A DNA stretch of 64,000 nucleotides from a virus: positions 1-64,000 of the IMG/VR virus record IMGVR_UViG_3300027971_000028; one strand, given 5' to 3'. The translations under genes and the position numbers were made by a program. Below, one piece after another: positions 63,278 through 64,000 of this stretch. Under the pieces are notes generated by a model. It did not search any database. It worked only from the letters and a program-made list of their open reading frames with translations, and was not told where the DNA came from. Each line of letters starts with the position of its first letter. The first letter of the stretch is position 1.

Positions 63278-64000
63278 ATGAGTGAGATCCAACGCTCTCT
63301 TACGGTTATGGTGTACGGAGAAAGCAAGGTAGGTAAATCTACTTTTGCTGTAACTGCTCCATACCCACGACTCATGCTTGACGTCGAGGGTGGGCACCGA
63401 TTCCTACCTATCGTTGTTAAGTATTGGGATCCTCTTCGCGAGGAACCACCAATCGCTGATGGAACTTGGGACACTGTTGTAGTTACAGTTCGTGACTATG
63501 ACACTGTTATTAAGGTTTATCAGTGGTTACAACTTGGAAAGCATCACTTCAAGAGTTTGATTATTGATTCAATCTCTGAACTACAAGTTAAATGTATGGA
63601 CAGCATCGCAGGTACAGAACAAATGAAGATGCAACAGTGGGGCGAACTTCTTCGTCACATGGGTGGGCTTCTTCGTGATCTTCGCGATCTAACTATGCAT
63701 GCTACAAATCCTCTTGAAGCAGTTGTACTTACTGCTATGTCAAGAACAAGCCAGGATGGAAGACACCGTCCATATCTACAAGGTCAACTAGCAATTCAAG
63801 CACCATATTTTTACGACATTCTTGGTGCGTTGACAGTAGAGCAAATGGCAAATCCAGATCCACTACAACCTCCTTATAAAGTAAGGCGTATGTATGTGGA
63901 AAGAACAAACGATTATGAGGCTGGCGAGCGAGTACAAGGTCGTCTAGGTTCTATAGTCGAGCAAGACAAGTTATCAATTGAAGTAATGCTTAATACCATT
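63278..64000 (+). CDS. AAA_24/Sak4-like P-loop ATPase, 3'-truncated
   Basis: Hand-translated: VYGESKVGKST, LMLDVEGG, LIIDSISE; open to the window end. Confidence 0.85.
   Translation, partial: MSEIQRSLTVMVYGESKVGKSTFAVTAPYPRLMLDVEGGHRFLPIVVKYWDPLREEPPIADGTWDTVVVTVRDYDTVIKVYQWLQLGKHHFKSLIIDSISELQVKCMDSIAGTEQMKMQQWGELLRHMGGLLRDLRDLTMHATNPLEAVVLTAMSRTSQDGRHRPYLQGQLAIQAPYFYDILGALTVEQMANPDPLQPPYKVRRMYVERTNDYEAGERVQGRLGSIVEQDKLSIEVMLNTI

Noticed and set aside
1-64000. Alternative genetic code, integrase, transposon or reverse transcriptase/DGR
   Set aside because: Standard code gives dense, full-length ORFs; no recombinase, transposase or RT motifs, and no template/variable repeat pair seen

Overview
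This window is an internal piece of a large, low-GC tailed phage (siphovirus-type) genome. The host is very likely an actinobacterium, possibly a low-GC freshwater lineage: the phage carries whiB, DUF1360- and DUF4192-like genes, leaderless starts and a Rosebush/cluster-B-like head-tail module (inference). Almost all genes are on the + strand. Layout: (1) 1-2.0 kb, a 5'-truncated terminase-small-subunit-like gene followed by a repeat-rich non-coding block; (2) 2.0-20.5 kb, an early/accessory region of about 50 mostly small genes driven by about 17 near-consensus sigma70-type promoters, including WhiB, a subtilase, a MoxR-type AAA + HExxH/VWA pair, an HslV-like Ntn peptidase, a CX5R phosphatase and a transglycosylase + peptidoglycan-binding pair; (3) 21-40.6 kb, the head module (portal, Dps, a 2088-aa WYL/HTH/HipA-like-kinase protein, a 1730-aa multidomain maturation protease, hexamer capsid protein); (4) 40.7-57.7 kb, the pentamer capsid protein and tail genes; (5) 58-64 kb, PolA, RuvC-like resolvase, SNF2 helicase, PD-(D/E)XK nuclease and a truncated AAA ATPase. 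Most notable observations: a recurring [LIVM][TIV]A[AS] motif at domain boundaries across head-module proteins (possibly protease-processed virion polyproteins delivering a kinase and a WYL domain); a dispersed bipartite element AAGTTGTTT-N30-AGCAAAAAGTAAAA confined to the early region; and a second operator-like box GTCAGGAA(A/G)G inside promoter spacers. All family assignments come from motif recognition by eye, with no database search. I found no tRNA, rRNA, CRISPR array or terminase large subunit in the window.
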